Source of the DNA: a virus
Lineage: Duplodnaviria; Heunggongvirae; Uroviricota; Caudoviricetes
DNA length: 64,000 nucleotides
Direction: 5' to 3' (one strand)
Virus record (IMG/VR): IMGVR_UViG_3300009702_000014
Coordinates: 126,445-190,444 of that record
Below are positions 8,488 through 17,672 of the stretch, piece by piece. Position 1 is the stretch's first letter. Every line of letters starts with the position of its first letter. Under the pieces are notes generated by a model. That model did no database searches, was not told the DNA's origin, and worked only from the letters and a program-made list of their open reading frames with translations. Made by a program: the position numbers and the translations under genes.

Positions 8488-8688
8488 TTGTTTCATGATA
8501 TAGAAGGGATAGACGGCACTATTGAATTCTTGCAGGGTTTATCTGAAAAAGCCAAAGCAGGTGAGCTGGGAGATGGGCCTTACATGTGGGGTATTAGTAC
8601 ACCACTGGATGCAGAGATAGCGGAACAATCGCGTCAGTGGTGGGATGAATATACCGATTTTCTGAAAGAGAGGTTGAGAAATGGATGA
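8488..8688 (+). CDS. Hypothetical protein
   Basis: Fills the gap and overlaps the thyX start; own start uncertain. Confidence 0.45.
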   Translation: MFHDIEGIDGTIEFLQGLSEKAKAGELGDGPYMWGISTPLDAEIAEQSRQWWDEYTDFLKERLRNG

Positions 8689-9565
8689 ATCAATACCAGT
8701 ACTAGATAAAGGATTTGTGCGTCTTGTGGATTACATGGGAAATGATGAAAGTATAGTACAAGCGGCCCGTGTTTCTTACGGCGGAGGTACAAAAAGTGTG
8801 CGCGAGGACAAGGCACTAATTGACTACCTAATGCGTCACCACCACAGCAGCCCCTTTGAAATGGTGGAGTTTAAATTTCATTTGAAGCTCCCGCTTTTCG
8901 TGTTTGCCCAGCTTGTACGTCACCGTACTGCCAGTTTGAACGCCATGAGCGCACGCTATAGTGAAATGCCTGATGAATTCTATACACCGGAATCGTATCG
9001 CACACAAGATACGAATAATAAGCAGGGAAGTTTAGACTACTTAAGTCCTGCGTGGAATGAATTCCCTTCTGGCGAGGTCCGTTCGGGCTCCACAATCGAA
9101 TATGACAGATACCAAGCACTGCTTGAACATGGGGTAGCACGGGAAATGGCCCGAATGGTCTTACCTCAGAATCTCTATACCGAAGTTTACTGGAAGCAGG
9201 ACTTACATAATCTGCTTCACCTTCTACGTCTGCGTTTGGACCCTCATGCACAGTGGGAGATTCGTCAATATGCGCAGGCCATCTATGGCATTATACAGCC
9301 AATCATACCTTGGACTATTGAATCCTGGGAAAATCATGTTCGTCAGGCTATTTCCCTCTCGGATATCGAGCAGGAAGTTCTCGTGCGTATGACTGAGCAC
9401 GGCTCTTTCAATGAAGGAAGCATGGAATCTATCATAAACCACATGATTGAACAGGGTAAAATCTCCAAAGGTTATTCTCGTGAGATTAGAGAAAAGTTTA
9501 GAACCCTCTACTTTCGAAAGGGTTTGAAAGAATACCAACAAAGGGTGCTAGAGAATAATGTCTAG
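8681..9565 (+). CDS. thyX: FAD-dependent thymidylate synthase
   Basis: HSSPFE, QLVRHRTASLNAMSARY, AREMARMVLP, LRLDPHAQWEIR. Confidence 0.96.
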   Translation: MDESIPVLDKGFVRLVDYMGNDESIVQAARVSYGGGTKSVREDKALIDYLMRHHHSSPFEMVEFKFHLKLPLFVFAQLVRHRTASLNAMSARYSEMPDEFYTPESYRTQDTNNKQGSLDYLSPAWNEFPSGEVRSGSTIEYDRYQALLEHGVAREMARMVLPQNLYTEVYWKQDLHNLLHLLRLRLDPHAQWEIRQYAQAIYGIIQPIIPWTIESWENHVRQAISLSDIEQEVLVRMTEHGSFNEGSMESIINHMIEQGKISKGYSREIREKFRTLYFRKGLKEYQQRVLENNV

Positions 9566-10007
9566 GATATATTTGGCTGGCCCCATCAGTGGTTTATCCT
9601 ATGATGGGGCAACTGACTGGAGAGAACGGACTAAGTTGGAGTTAGCCCCACATGTCGAGTGTCTTTCCCCTATGCGGGGCAGCGAGCATTTGAAAGGCCG
9701 TGAGTTGTTAGATGACCACGACCCCAATGTGCTTGCTACTACTCCTGCGGTCCTTACGGCTAGGGATAAATCCGACGTAAGGCGGTCTGATTTGGTGCTT
9801 ATCAACTTTCTTGGAGCCACAAAAGCGTCTAGTGGCACTTTTATAGAGATTGGATGGGCAGATGCATGGCAAATTCCCATTGTCGCTGTCATAGATGAAG
9901 GCAATCCTAATAAGCACGCAATGGGGGACGTTCTGACTCTGCAAGTTCCGACACTGGAAATGGCCATTAAACTCGTTAAAGAAATATTAAATATAAAAAC
10001 GCACTAG
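9558..10007 (+). CDS. Nucleoside 2-deoxyribosyltransferase / nucleotide N-hydrolase family protein
   Basis: IYLAGPI, D..DVRRSDLV, SSGTFIEIGWA. Confidence 0.85.
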   Translation: MSRIYLAGPISGLSYDGATDWRERTKLELAPHVECLSPMRGSEHLKGRELLDDHDPNVLATTPAVLTARDKSDVRRSDLVLINFLGATKASSGTFIEIGWADAWQIPIVAVIDEGNPNKHAMGDVLTLQVPTLEMAIKLVKEILNIKTH

Positions 10008-10033
10008 ACGAACATGAAAATCTGTAGTATAAT
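10005..10033 (+). promoter_or_regulatory. sigma70-type promoter
   Basis: TAGACG-N17-TATAAT. Confidence 0.7.
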
Positions 10034-10053
10034 AGAAGGGTAGGGGCCGTAAG

Positions 10054-11166
10054 ATGAATCAGACTGAGCTTTTTGTTGATGGGCTGATAACTGTCTTAAA
10101 AATTGTAAAAAAGGATACCCCCGTATTAGTGGAAGCCAGTAAGGGCAAGTTGTTTATTGCCTCTTACAACGACTTCCACAGTATTGTTTTTGAGTGTGAA
10201 ACTGCCTGGGAGGACTTTAAGGTGATTCTTTCGGCAGAGGTCGCAAAACAGCTCCCACGGAATATCAAGGATACTTTAACCCTTGAATTTCCTAGTAAAA
10301 ACGTACTGGTTGTGAAGTCAAAGGGTGTAGAACTAAAGTTAACGACGTTGGATGCTGATTCTTTATCCCTACGTAAGCTAATGTCGAAATTCTCTAAGGA
10401 TGAGGATTGGATTATTGGCTCCGGGGAGTTGAAACTAGCTTTCAACACCATCGGACATTCGGCTAACGATAAAGACATTGGCGATGTGGTCCTAAAAGGC
10501 TACCACCTAACTAGAAAAAACGGGTCTTTGGAGTTTATGGCCTCCAATGGGGCCGTTATGTCCGTAGCTTCTTGGCCCTTGGACCTTTCTTCTAGTGACA
10601 AGGAAGGTACCCTCCTCCTAAATGAGGATTTTGCTTCTATTATCAGCCTTCTGTATTTCGAAAAGGACGCAGTAGTCCCTGTCAGATTGGCATTCAAAGA
10701 TGATACTATCAGTATAGAGGCTGCGGATGCTACGAAGGAACGCACCTTACGAGTTGTGAGTGCTCTTACCAATGGTACTCCTTTTAACTACGTACCTATT
10801 ATTGAGTCTGTAGCCAAAGAGAACCCATTTACCTACACACTCTTTAGAAAAGATTTGTTGGAGGCCCTGAAAACCAATGCATTCTTTACTAGTAATGAAT
10901 TGCATAACAGGGTAACGCTTAAACTTGGCAAACAAGCTATAGAGATTGAGTCACAAAATATGTATGGGCAAGCAAGTACTAAAGTTCCACTCGTGGAGTC
11001 TAATGATTATGAGCCAGTAGAACTTCTTATCAGTGGCACCTATTTGATTAATTACCTCTCAACTGCACTTGACGAGGAGGTAACACTGTCGGTAAAGGAT
11101 GATAAGAGTCCCGTAATGTTTACGGATTCCTACGAGACAGAAATCATTACATTATTCACTAAATAG
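10054..11166 (+). CDS. dnaN: DNA polymerase sliding clamp (beta subunit-like)
   Basis: 370 aa three-domain layout; LKGYHL...FMASNG, NGTPFNYVPII, ISGTYLINYL...SPVMF. Confidence 0.8.
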   Translation: MNQTELFVDGLITVLKIVKKDTPVLVEASKGKLFIASYNDFHSIVFECETAWEDFKVILSAEVAKQLPRNIKDTLTLEFPSKNVLVVKSKGVELKLTTLDADSLSLRKLMSKFSKDEDWIIGSGELKLAFNTIGHSANDKDIGDVVLKGYHLTRKNGSLEFMASNGAVMSVASWPLDLSSSDKEGTLLLNEDFASIISLLYFEKDAVVPVRLAFKDDTISIEAADATKERTLRVVSALTNGTPFNYVPIIESVAKENPFTYTLFRKDLLEALKTNAFFTSNELHNRVTLKLGKQAIEIESQNMYGQASTKVPLVESNDYEPVELLISGTYLINYLSTALDEEVTLSVKDDKSPVMFTDSYETEIITLFTK

Positions 11167-11178
11167 AAGGATTGAGTA

Positions 11179-11207
11179 TTGACAGTATTAAAAAGGACTG
11201 ATATAAT
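11179..11207 (+). promoter_or_regulatory. Consensus sigma70 promoter
   Basis: TTGACA-N17-TATAAT plus TG extension. Confidence 0.9.
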
Positions 11208-11234
11208 AAGTATACGCTAAAATTAAGCGAAAGG

Positions 11235-11444
11235 ATGAAAATAATGGCTAAAACAGAAGTTAGACAAGCAACGATTGATTTAGAAAAGAATGTGGCCGCA
11301 TTTATGGCTGACCTAGAAGAAGAACTTCGTCACCAGCGCACAAAGACGAACTACTCCTCAGAGCGGCGCACTCGCGCACTTCTACGCACTTTTCGAGCAC
11401 GTGTGTACCTCCCCTACAAGGAAGCCACCCGTCGTACAGATTAA
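11235..11444 (+). CDS. Small basic helical protein, possibly Hc1/histone-H1-like
   Basis: AAFMADLEE...N...RRTRALL pattern; first gene behind a strong promoter. Confidence 0.4.
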   Translation: MKIMAKTEVRQATIDLEKNVAAFMADLEEELRHQRTKTNYSSERRTRALLRTFRARVYLPYKEATRRTD

Positions 11445-11453
11445 GAGTCTTAA

Positions 11454-11774
11454 ATGAAACCACTTACCAAAGTTACATTGGAAGATTTGCAAGAAGCCCC
11501 CAAAATTTCAGGGATTCTTACAGATAGTCGCCTTATAACGATTAAATTTCCTCTAATTTGGGTTTATACGCCGGTTCCAGGAGAAGGAATCACGACAACC
11601 TCAACGAATAACCCCGCGCTTGCCGCCGCGATTCTTAGTGCAACTCATACTATGGTATTAGATGTGAAGAAAAAGTACGGCACTTTGCAATTTACTGTTG
11701 CTGAGCCCTATTTGAGAGTCTTTCTAACAGACTTGAGCAGAATAGAAGGCGCAGAATTAATCATAGGAGACTAA
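11454..11774 (+). CDS. Hypothetical protein
   Basis: ORF fits the operon packing. Confidence 0.6.
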   Translation: MKPLTKVTLEDLQEAPKISGILTDSRLITIKFPLIWVYTPVPGEGITTTSTNNPALAAAILSATHTMVLDVKKKYGTLQFTVAEPYLRVFLTDLSRIEGAELIIGD

Positions 11775-11775
11775 A

Positions 11776-12489
11776 ATGAATGAAGTTGAATTGAGTGGAA
11801 TCTTAAAGGGAGACTTTCAAGACGTAAGCAACGATGGTGTGCAGTTCATACTCGTTAATCGTAATGAGCGTAACGGTAACACCGAATTCGAAGAATTTAT
11901 CTGTGTGTCGTATGGCAATGCAGCTAAATTCCTCAGACAACATGCGGAAAGTGGCAAACGGCTGGTTGTTCAGGGGCGTCTAAGCAGTGAAAAACTGGAT
12001 ACCGAGAACTATCACACTGTTATCACAGTAAGTCGAGTACTTGCTGTTTCTAATAGCAGCGATGGGACTGACTACTCGCACGCCTCTGTGATGGGGACTA
12101 TTAGTTGTGACGAAGTTAAGTACGTTGGCCAGAAAAACACCGCTGTCGCCAACCTACGTATCACTAACAAGCGTGAGTATAAAAACAGAGAAGGTGAGAC
12201 ATTCGAATATACTACATATTTGGGTGCTACCGCTTGGGGTCCCAGGGCCGAAGGGTTGGAAGCTAGCGGATTTATTCCTGCAACAGACTCTCCTGCCGTG
12301 GTTGATGGCCTTCTAAAGCCCCGCAGCTACGAAAATAGTGATGGAGCAACCATTAACAAGATTGATATTTGGGTCACAAATATCTACCCCCTCACTGGGA
12401 CCACCATCGCTTCTGAGGCTTCGGCCGCTAAAAAGACCACCCGTAAGGCTTCTCCAAAGCGCGCAAAGGCCGAAGATACTCCCTTTTAA
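11776..12489 (+). CDS. ssb: Single-stranded DNA-binding protein with two OB folds
   Basis: Two SSB-like units (NEVELSG...LVVQGRL; ASVMGTI...VVDGLLKPRSYEN); acidic EDTPF tip. Confidence 0.85.
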   Translation: MNEVELSGILKGDFQDVSNDGVQFILVNRNERNGNTEFEEFICVSYGNAAKFLRQHAESGKRLVVQGRLSSEKLDTENYHTVITVSRVLAVSNSSDGTDYSHASVMGTISCDEVKYVGQKNTAVANLRITNKREYKNREGETFEYTTYLGATAWGPRAEGLEASGFIPATDSPAVVDGLLKPRSYENSDGATINKIDIWVTNIYPLTGTTIASEASAAKKTTRKASPKRAKAEDTPF

Positions 12490-12505
12490 AGCCCAGTTTT
12501 TTGGG

Positions 12506-12534
12506 AGGGAGAGGGGTGCCTCTCCCTTCTTTTT
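12506..12534 (+). terminator. Intrinsic terminator after ssb
   Basis: AGGGAGAGG-ggtg-CCTCTCCCT-TCTTTTT. Confidence 0.85.
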
Positions 12535-12543
12535 GGAGATGCT

Positions 12544-13110
12544 ATGAAGATTGGAATTTCAGGCAAGAAGCTGAGCGGCAAGGACACATTTTTCCAGATT
12601 GCCCAGGAGGTCTTTGCTAAAGAAGCCCCCCATGCCCGGTTGCACCGTTATGCATTCGCAGATTTGGTAAAACAGTATGCTGCAACCTATTTTAATATAG
12701 ACCCAAGGGTAAGTGGCGAAGAAAAGGAACGAGTCCGTTTCGTTTGGCAAGGAATCGGACAAATGTTAAGGGAAGAGGTAGATGAGGACTACTGGGTAAA
12801 GAAAGTTTTCGAGCAAATTGACCAGGACGGGCAAGAATACATGTCTGCATACCCAGACAGTATTTTCATCGGCATTATTACTGATGTTCGCTATAAGAAT
12901 GAAGCCCGTCTTATAGAAGAAGACGGAAATTCCTTACTTCTTCGCATCAACCGCCCATCTTTAACATTTGATGACCAACACGCTAGCGAAATCGACTTAG
13001 ATGATTACACATTTACATACGAAATTGAAAATACTGGGGATTTAATTCAGTATAAAGGACAGGTGATAGAATGGCTTTACAAAAACTTACCATTACTGAG
13101 CCTCTCGTAG
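12544..13110 (+). CDS. Deoxynucleoside monophosphate kinase
   Basis: GISGKKLSGKDT, AFADLVK, IITDVRYKNEA, HASE. Confidence 0.88.
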   Translation: MKIGISGKKLSGKDTFFQIAQEVFAKEAPHARLHRYAFADLVKQYAATYFNIDPRVSGEEKERVRFVWQGIGQMLREEVDEDYWVKKVFEQIDQDGQEYMSAYPDSIFIGIITDVRYKNEARLIEEDGNSLLLRINRPSLTFDDQHASEIDLDDYTFTYEIENTGDLIQYKGQVIEWLYKNLPLLSLS

Positions 13111-13367
13111 ACGATAATTTCAAAGAACTAGAAGCGGCTGCCGAGCATATTAAACTCACAGAGAATGATAACGACAGTTATGAAATACATGTTGACGTTC
13201 ATTCTAGGGAAATGGTCCCGACAGCATTATTTTTTGCACTAAAGAAGCGGTTTAATACACAGTATACTGCAACAGTTGGTGACTTTCCTTCAAATTACTT
13301 TGTGTTTAGCTTCTTGAAATCTAGTCACTTTCTAGATGTGCAAATGAAGGATTTAACTGATGTCTAA
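13071..13367 (+). CDS. Hypothetical protein
   Basis: Overlaps both neighbours in the operon. Confidence 0.55.
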   Translation: MALQKLTITEPLVDDNFKELEAAAEHIKLTENDNDSYEIHVDVHSREMVPTALFFALKKRFNTQYTATVGDFPSNYFVFSFLKSSHFLDVQMKDLTDV

Positions 13368-14034
13368 CCGTGATTACGCGCACAAAACTGTAGCAGTGGA
13401 GCTTATGGACCGTCCAGAAGGGCATGAAGGAATTTGGACTCCTAGTATGCCTGTTCATGCGGATGGAAGCCAACATCACAACGTAGGTATGGACTTCTTT
13501 TCTGCAACCCGAGTAGTTGCTACAGAAAGAGGTATTGTTCCCAACCTGCCTGTAGGAATATTTCGACTCAACATTGACCGTAGAGTAGACATAGAACAGC
13601 TAGAAATGCTGCAACAAAGGCTGAAAAGCACTATGGAGGAAGAGTTGCCTTATACTATGGTCGCCTTACCTGAGGGTGCTAAGCTCGACTATATGACAGG
13701 CTCTGATAATGCGCTCCACTATTATGAAGCGGTTATTCCCACTGGAGTTCGTATTGCTTTGCCGCCCCGAATGCATATGCGTATGGCATCTAGAAGCGGT
13801 TTAGGATTTAAGAAGAATATTTTGGCCTTTCCAGGTACTATTGACAATTCCTACCGTGGTCAGATTATGATTAAGCTCTCACAGCTTACCCCTAATCCCG
13901 AGCCTTTTGTTATCGAGGCCGGGGATAAGGTGGCACAGGGGATTGTATTCCGCAGCGAGGAATACATCATCGAAGAAGGTACCGTAGATTTAAACACCCC
14001 ACGCGGGGAGAATGGCTTTGGTTCTACCAGCTAA
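13360..14034 (+). CDS. dut: Trimeric dUTPase with a large insertion
   Basis: Motifs GMDF, SRSG, GTIDNSYRG, GDKVAQ, RGENGFGST. Confidence 0.93.
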   Translation: MSNRDYAHKTVAVELMDRPEGHEGIWTPSMPVHADGSQHHNVGMDFFSATRVVATERGIVPNLPVGIFRLNIDRRVDIEQLEMLQQRLKSTMEEELPYTMVALPEGAKLDYMTGSDNALHYYEAVIPTGVRIALPPRMHMRMASRSGLGFKKNILAFPGTIDNSYRGQIMIKLSQLTPNPEPFVIEAGDKVAQGIVFRSEEYIIEEGTVDLNTPRGENGFGSTS

Positions 14035-14035
14035 C

Positions 14036-14064
14036 TGGACTAACACTTGTTTTTATGCTATGAT
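14036..14064 (+). promoter_or_regulatory. sigma70-type promoter with extended -10
   Basis: TGGACT-N17-TATGAT with TG. Confidence 0.65.
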
Positions 14065-14077
14065 TGAAATAAGGTGA

Positions 14078-14350
14078 ATGAAAATGGCAACCTATGATTA
14101 TAAGTGTCGAGAAGATGGCTATATTTGGGAAGAGCATCACAGTATTTATGAAGACGCTAAATCTCTCGGCCTCACCTGTCCCTCATGTGGAAGTGATAAT
14201 ATATTTAGGTACCTTGGAAACTACAAGACGATGCCTATTAAGTTTATTGGCCCTGGTTGGACCATAAATGACCGGGCCTTAGATGCAATTGGAATGCCCG
14301 AGGCTACTCGAAATAGTCCCGAAGCAAGACAAAAGCTATTTAGGGAGTGA
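14078..14350 (+). CDS. FmdB-family zinc-ribbon protein
   Basis: MATYDYKCREDG...CPSCGS...FIGPGW. Confidence 0.8.
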   Translation: MKMATYDYKCREDGYIWEEHHSIYEDAKSLGLTCPSCGSDNIFRYLGNYKTMPIKFIGPGWTINDRALDAIGMPEATRNSPEARQKLFRE

Positions 14351-14727
14351 TACCTATGACAAACAGCGGAACGACAAGTACTGGGGGTTATACTTGCAGT
14401 TTATGTGGAACATATGTCCCATACGGAGCAGCCCATATATGCACAGAACACAATCACAACGATACAGGGTGGATTTGCCCTAAGTGCGGCAAAGTAAATG
14501 CCCCTTGGAAGCCCTCTTGTGACTGTGTAGAGGCTGTAAACCCTTGGCAGCCTGTTTACCCGCAGCCATATCCCTACTGGCATTATTATTATCATTACTA
14601 CCCCTACCGTCTTGGAGACACGTGGCCATATTATTATCATTACCCCTACCGCCTTGGAGACCCGTGGCCGTATTCTATGGATGTAACATGGACAACTTCT
14701 AATAATTCCTGGAACATAACCCAATGA
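14347..14727 (+). CDS. Cys/Tyr/Pro-rich hypothetical protein
   Basis: CSLC, GWICPKCGKVNAPWKPSCDC, Tyr-rich repeat. Confidence 0.6.
   Translation: MIPMTNSGTTSTGGYTCSLCGTYVPYGAAHICTEHNHNDTGWICPKCGKVNAPWKPSCDCVEAVNPWQPVYPQPYPYWHYYYHYYPYRLGDTWPYYYHYPYRLGDPWPYSMDVTWTTSNNSWNITQ
14584..14670 (+). repeat. In-frame tandem duplication (45 + 42 nt)
   Basis: TATTATTATCATTAC(TAC)CCCTACCGYCTTGGAGACMCGTGGCCR x2. Confidence 0.9.
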
Positions 14728-15074
14728 ATCGTACCGAATACTATGCCCAAATAGTTCACGAGGCTATCCGAGTGTACAACGCAATGCACGGAGACCATTC
14801 CATTCCTACATGGGCCCATGCCAGTCCACACATGAAGAAACTTACTATGGCTGGTGTAAAAGGTGCTTTAGATGGGCAATCTGCCAAGGATTCCCACAAA
14901 GAGTGGATGAAGAACAAGCTTAAAGATGGTTGGACGCATGGACCTGACAAGGATGATGCTAAGAAAACCCATCCAGCCCTTGTTCCTTATGAGGACTTGA
15001 GTAAACACGAAAGAATCAAAGACGAATTAGTTGTGAATATAGTTGAGGCGCTGAAAAAGTCATTGGATATATAG
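14724..15074 (+). CDS. RyR-domain protein
   Basis: SHKEWMKNKLKDGWTHGPDKDDAKKTHPALVPYEDLS. Confidence 0.85.
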   Translation: MNRTEYYAQIVHEAIRVYNAMHGDHSIPTWAHASPHMKKLTMAGVKGALDGQSAKDSHKEWMKNKLKDGWTHGPDKDDAKKTHPALVPYEDLSKHERIKDELVVNIVEALKKSLDI

Positions 15075-15087
15075 AATCGAGGCAAAT

Positions 15088-16773
15088 ATGAGCTTGTTAG
15101 ACGACATTCTTCAAAACTTGGATTTCGTCGATTTGGTAAATCGAAAAACAACAGTTAAGAGGACCAAGGGGGAGGAGTATAAAGGGCTTTCCCCCTTTAA
15201 TAAGGAAAAAACTCCGAGCTTTTACATAAATAATCACTCTAAGACTTGGTATGATTTTTCTTCGGGCCAAGGGGGAGGGGTTATAGACTATGTGATGAAA
15301 ACCGAGAATCTAGGAAAAAGTGAGGCAATTCATTTTCTTGCCGATTTCGCAGGTGTAGAAATAGAAGAGGAAGACGAGTTAGCTAAGTTGAGGCATGTAT
15401 TGATTACGGCAAATAAGTATTTCCGTATGTATGCCAGCGAAGCCGTTCCTTACTTAGAGTCTCGCGGATTTTCCCCCGAAATTGTGGCCAAATATAAGCT
15501 GGGATTTGCCCCTAACAATGATAATCTAATTGCCCACCTACAAACCGCAGGCCACAGCGACGAAGATATATTAACCTCTGGTGTGGGTTTTGAACTAGAA
15601 AACGGCACTTTGGTTTCCAGATATAAGAATAGGGTTATTTTTCCTATAAAAGACGCATATGGACTGTTGGTATCCTTCACAGGACGTGATGTGACGGGCA
15701 GCGCAAAAGCAAAGTATCTACATGGTCCCGTTTCTCCGCTCTTTAAGAAGAAAGATGTAGTGTGGAATCTGAGTGATATTCGGAATCTTATCACGGAGAC
15801 TGAAAAGGTCATTCTTTGTGAAGGCCAGATGGATGCGCTAGCTATTTCCGAAGCTGGGCTGCCCGCTGTTGCGTTGCTTGGGGCTACCCCTTCTGAGGCT
15901 CAACTTCAACTACTCTCTAAACTTACACAAAATCTTTATCTTATCTTCGATTCTGATAATGCTGGGCAAAGAGGAATGGTGAAAGCATTCAAGATGATAT
16001 CTAATTTGGATGCTGATGCCTTGTTATACTCTCTGATACTTCCGGGGGGAAAAGACCCCGACGAATTTATTCGTGAGAATGGAACCGAAGCTTTCCAGAA
16101 ACTCGTGGAACATTCTAAGCCGGATACATCTATCATCGTTCAAACATTGATTCGACAGAATGCAGGAAAGAATAGAACCAAGGCAGCAGTCACCAGAAGG
16201 GTAATTCAAGAATTGTTGCCATACATTCAGCAACAATTTACCTATAGAAGTTTGGACTTAATTGAGAGGCTCTCTCAGGAGCTTGGATTAAGTCGTAAAG
16301 AGCTTCAAGATTGGATTGAAAAGGGCGGCAACTTCACACATAGTAGTGGAGTATATGAGAAGATTAAGGATATTTCCTTTCCAGCCCCGATTTATGAGAG
16401 GCGCATTCTATATGGCCTGTTAGATGAACCCTCCAGGATTAGGAAATTCAAGGAAAGCGGCTTATCTGATATGGATTTTGAGTCATTCTTAGTCAGCAAG
16501 GTGGCCTCTAATATCTCTGCCTCCCTAGACTCTGCACAAGTATTTGAGGTTTTGCAGGAAAAGCTAGAAGAAGATGAGTATTATAAAGTCCTCGCCTTCT
16601 ATTCTCAGGGATTGCAGGACACAGATTTTGAATCAGCACTTAATGTGATGAAAATTAAGGTATTTGACAGAGTTAATACTCCTATGACAGATTTTCTTGG
16701 GCGTCCCTTGGCCTCGACGGAAAAAGAACTTCGCGGAGTAGTTAGAGACATAATGGACAGGGAGCCCTTTTAA
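15088..16773 (+). CDS. dnaG: DnaG-type DNA primase
   Basis: GLSPFNKEKTPSF..WYDFSSGQGG, RVIFPI, AKYLHGP, CEGQMDA, FDSDNAG, GKDPDE. Confidence 0.95.
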   Translation: MSLLDDILQNLDFVDLVNRKTTVKRTKGEEYKGLSPFNKEKTPSFYINNHSKTWYDFSSGQGGGVIDYVMKTENLGKSEAIHFLADFAGVEIEEEDELAKLRHVLITANKYFRMYASEAVPYLESRGFSPEIVAKYKLGFAPNNDNLIAHLQTAGHSDEDILTSGVGFELENGTLVSRYKNRVIFPIKDAYGLLVSFTGRDVTGSAKAKYLHGPVSPLFKKKDVVWNLSDIRNLITETEKVILCEGQMDALAISEAGLPAVALLGATPSEAQLQLLSKLTQNLYLIFDSDNAGQRGMVKAFKMISNLDADALLYSLILPGGKDPDEFIRENGTEAFQKLVEHSKPDTSIIVQTLIRQNAGKNRTKAAVTRRVIQELLPYIQQQFTYRSLDLIERLSQELGLSRKELQDWIEKGGNFTHSSGVYEKIKDISFPAPIYERRILYGLLDEPSRIRKFKESGLSDMDFESFLVSKVASNISASLDSAQVFEVLQEKLEEDEYYKVLAFYSQGLQDTDFESALNVMKIKVFDRVNTPMTDFLGRPLASTEKELRGVVRDIMDREPF

Positions 16774-17672
16774 TGAATACTAGTGAATTCATGTTCTCCG
16801 CAAGCAGCTTGAAAGAGTATATGCAATGCGGGTTAAAATTCAAATATAAGAGAATTGACAGATTGGAACCTACGGCAGTTGCCAGCCACCATAGATGGTT
16901 TGGAACGCTTGTCCACAATATGATTTATACAGGTATCGCCCACTATGATGGTAATAAAGACTTAGAACTACGTGAAAAACCGAATGAAAAGGGAGCATTA
17001 AAACTCCTTAATGATATTTGGGATTATGATTACGAGAATGAATTCGAAACTGCCCATCTAAAGTCGGACGACATATCTAAAATCGTCACAGACATCGGTG
17101 TAAAACCAAGCGGCCGGTTCATGGTTGGAAAAATAAAGTCCCTGGGCAATGATAACCCCAGTATCACACAAAAGGAATTAGAAAAAGGCTGGAAAATTGA
17201 AGCTCGTAAGATGGTAAAAAACGGAATTAGTGTCGCGGGCAATATTTACGAAATAGTAGAGTTAGAAAAAAAGCTTATCTGGAATTTCTTAGACCACAGG
17301 TTTATCGGCTATGCTGATGTTGTTGGTAAAAACTCAGAGGGTAAATACGAATTCTATGATTTCAAGACTGCATGGAATAAACCGGGCAAGTACTTAGCAA
17401 ACGACTTTCAGTTTTTCGCATACTCTTACGCCTTGAGACAGTTGTATGGCTTGGAGTACTACCCTACAGGACATTATGTACATCTACGTAGCGGTGAGGT
17501 CATTCCTAACGTCATTACAGAGGAAATAACGCAGAATATGGTGTCTAAAGCTAAAAGCGCTTTCTCTAATATGGAAGCAGATGTGTTTTTTGACGCCTAT
17601 GGAAGCCCCCTTTGTAGATACTGTGACTTCCGACATATATGTTATGGAGAAGATGAGGATATATGGCAATAA
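16773..17672 (+). CDS. PD-(D/E)xK exonuclease, AddB/Cas4-like with Fe-S cysteines
   Basis: SASSLKEYMQC, GYADVV...YDFKT, PLCRYCDFRHIC. Confidence 0.85.
   Translation: MNTSEFMFSASSLKEYMQCGLKFKYKRIDRLEPTAVASHHRWFGTLVHNMIYTGIAHYDGNKDLELREKPNEKGALKLLNDIWDYDYENEFETAHLKSDDISKIVTDIGVKPSGRFMVGKIKSLGNDNPSITQKELEKGWKIEARKMVKNGISVAGNIYEIVELEKKLIWNFLDHRFIGYADVVGKNSEGKYEFYDFKTAWNKPGKYLANDFQFFAYSYALRQLYGLEYYPTGHYVHLRSGEVIPNVITEEITQNMVSKAKSAFSNMEADVFFDAYGSPLCRYCDFRHICYGEDEDIWQ

Noticed and set aside
16773-17672. Cas4 as part of a CRISPR-Cas system
   Set aside because: No cas genes or array nearby; it is next to primase, typical of a phage AddB/Cas4-like exonuclease.
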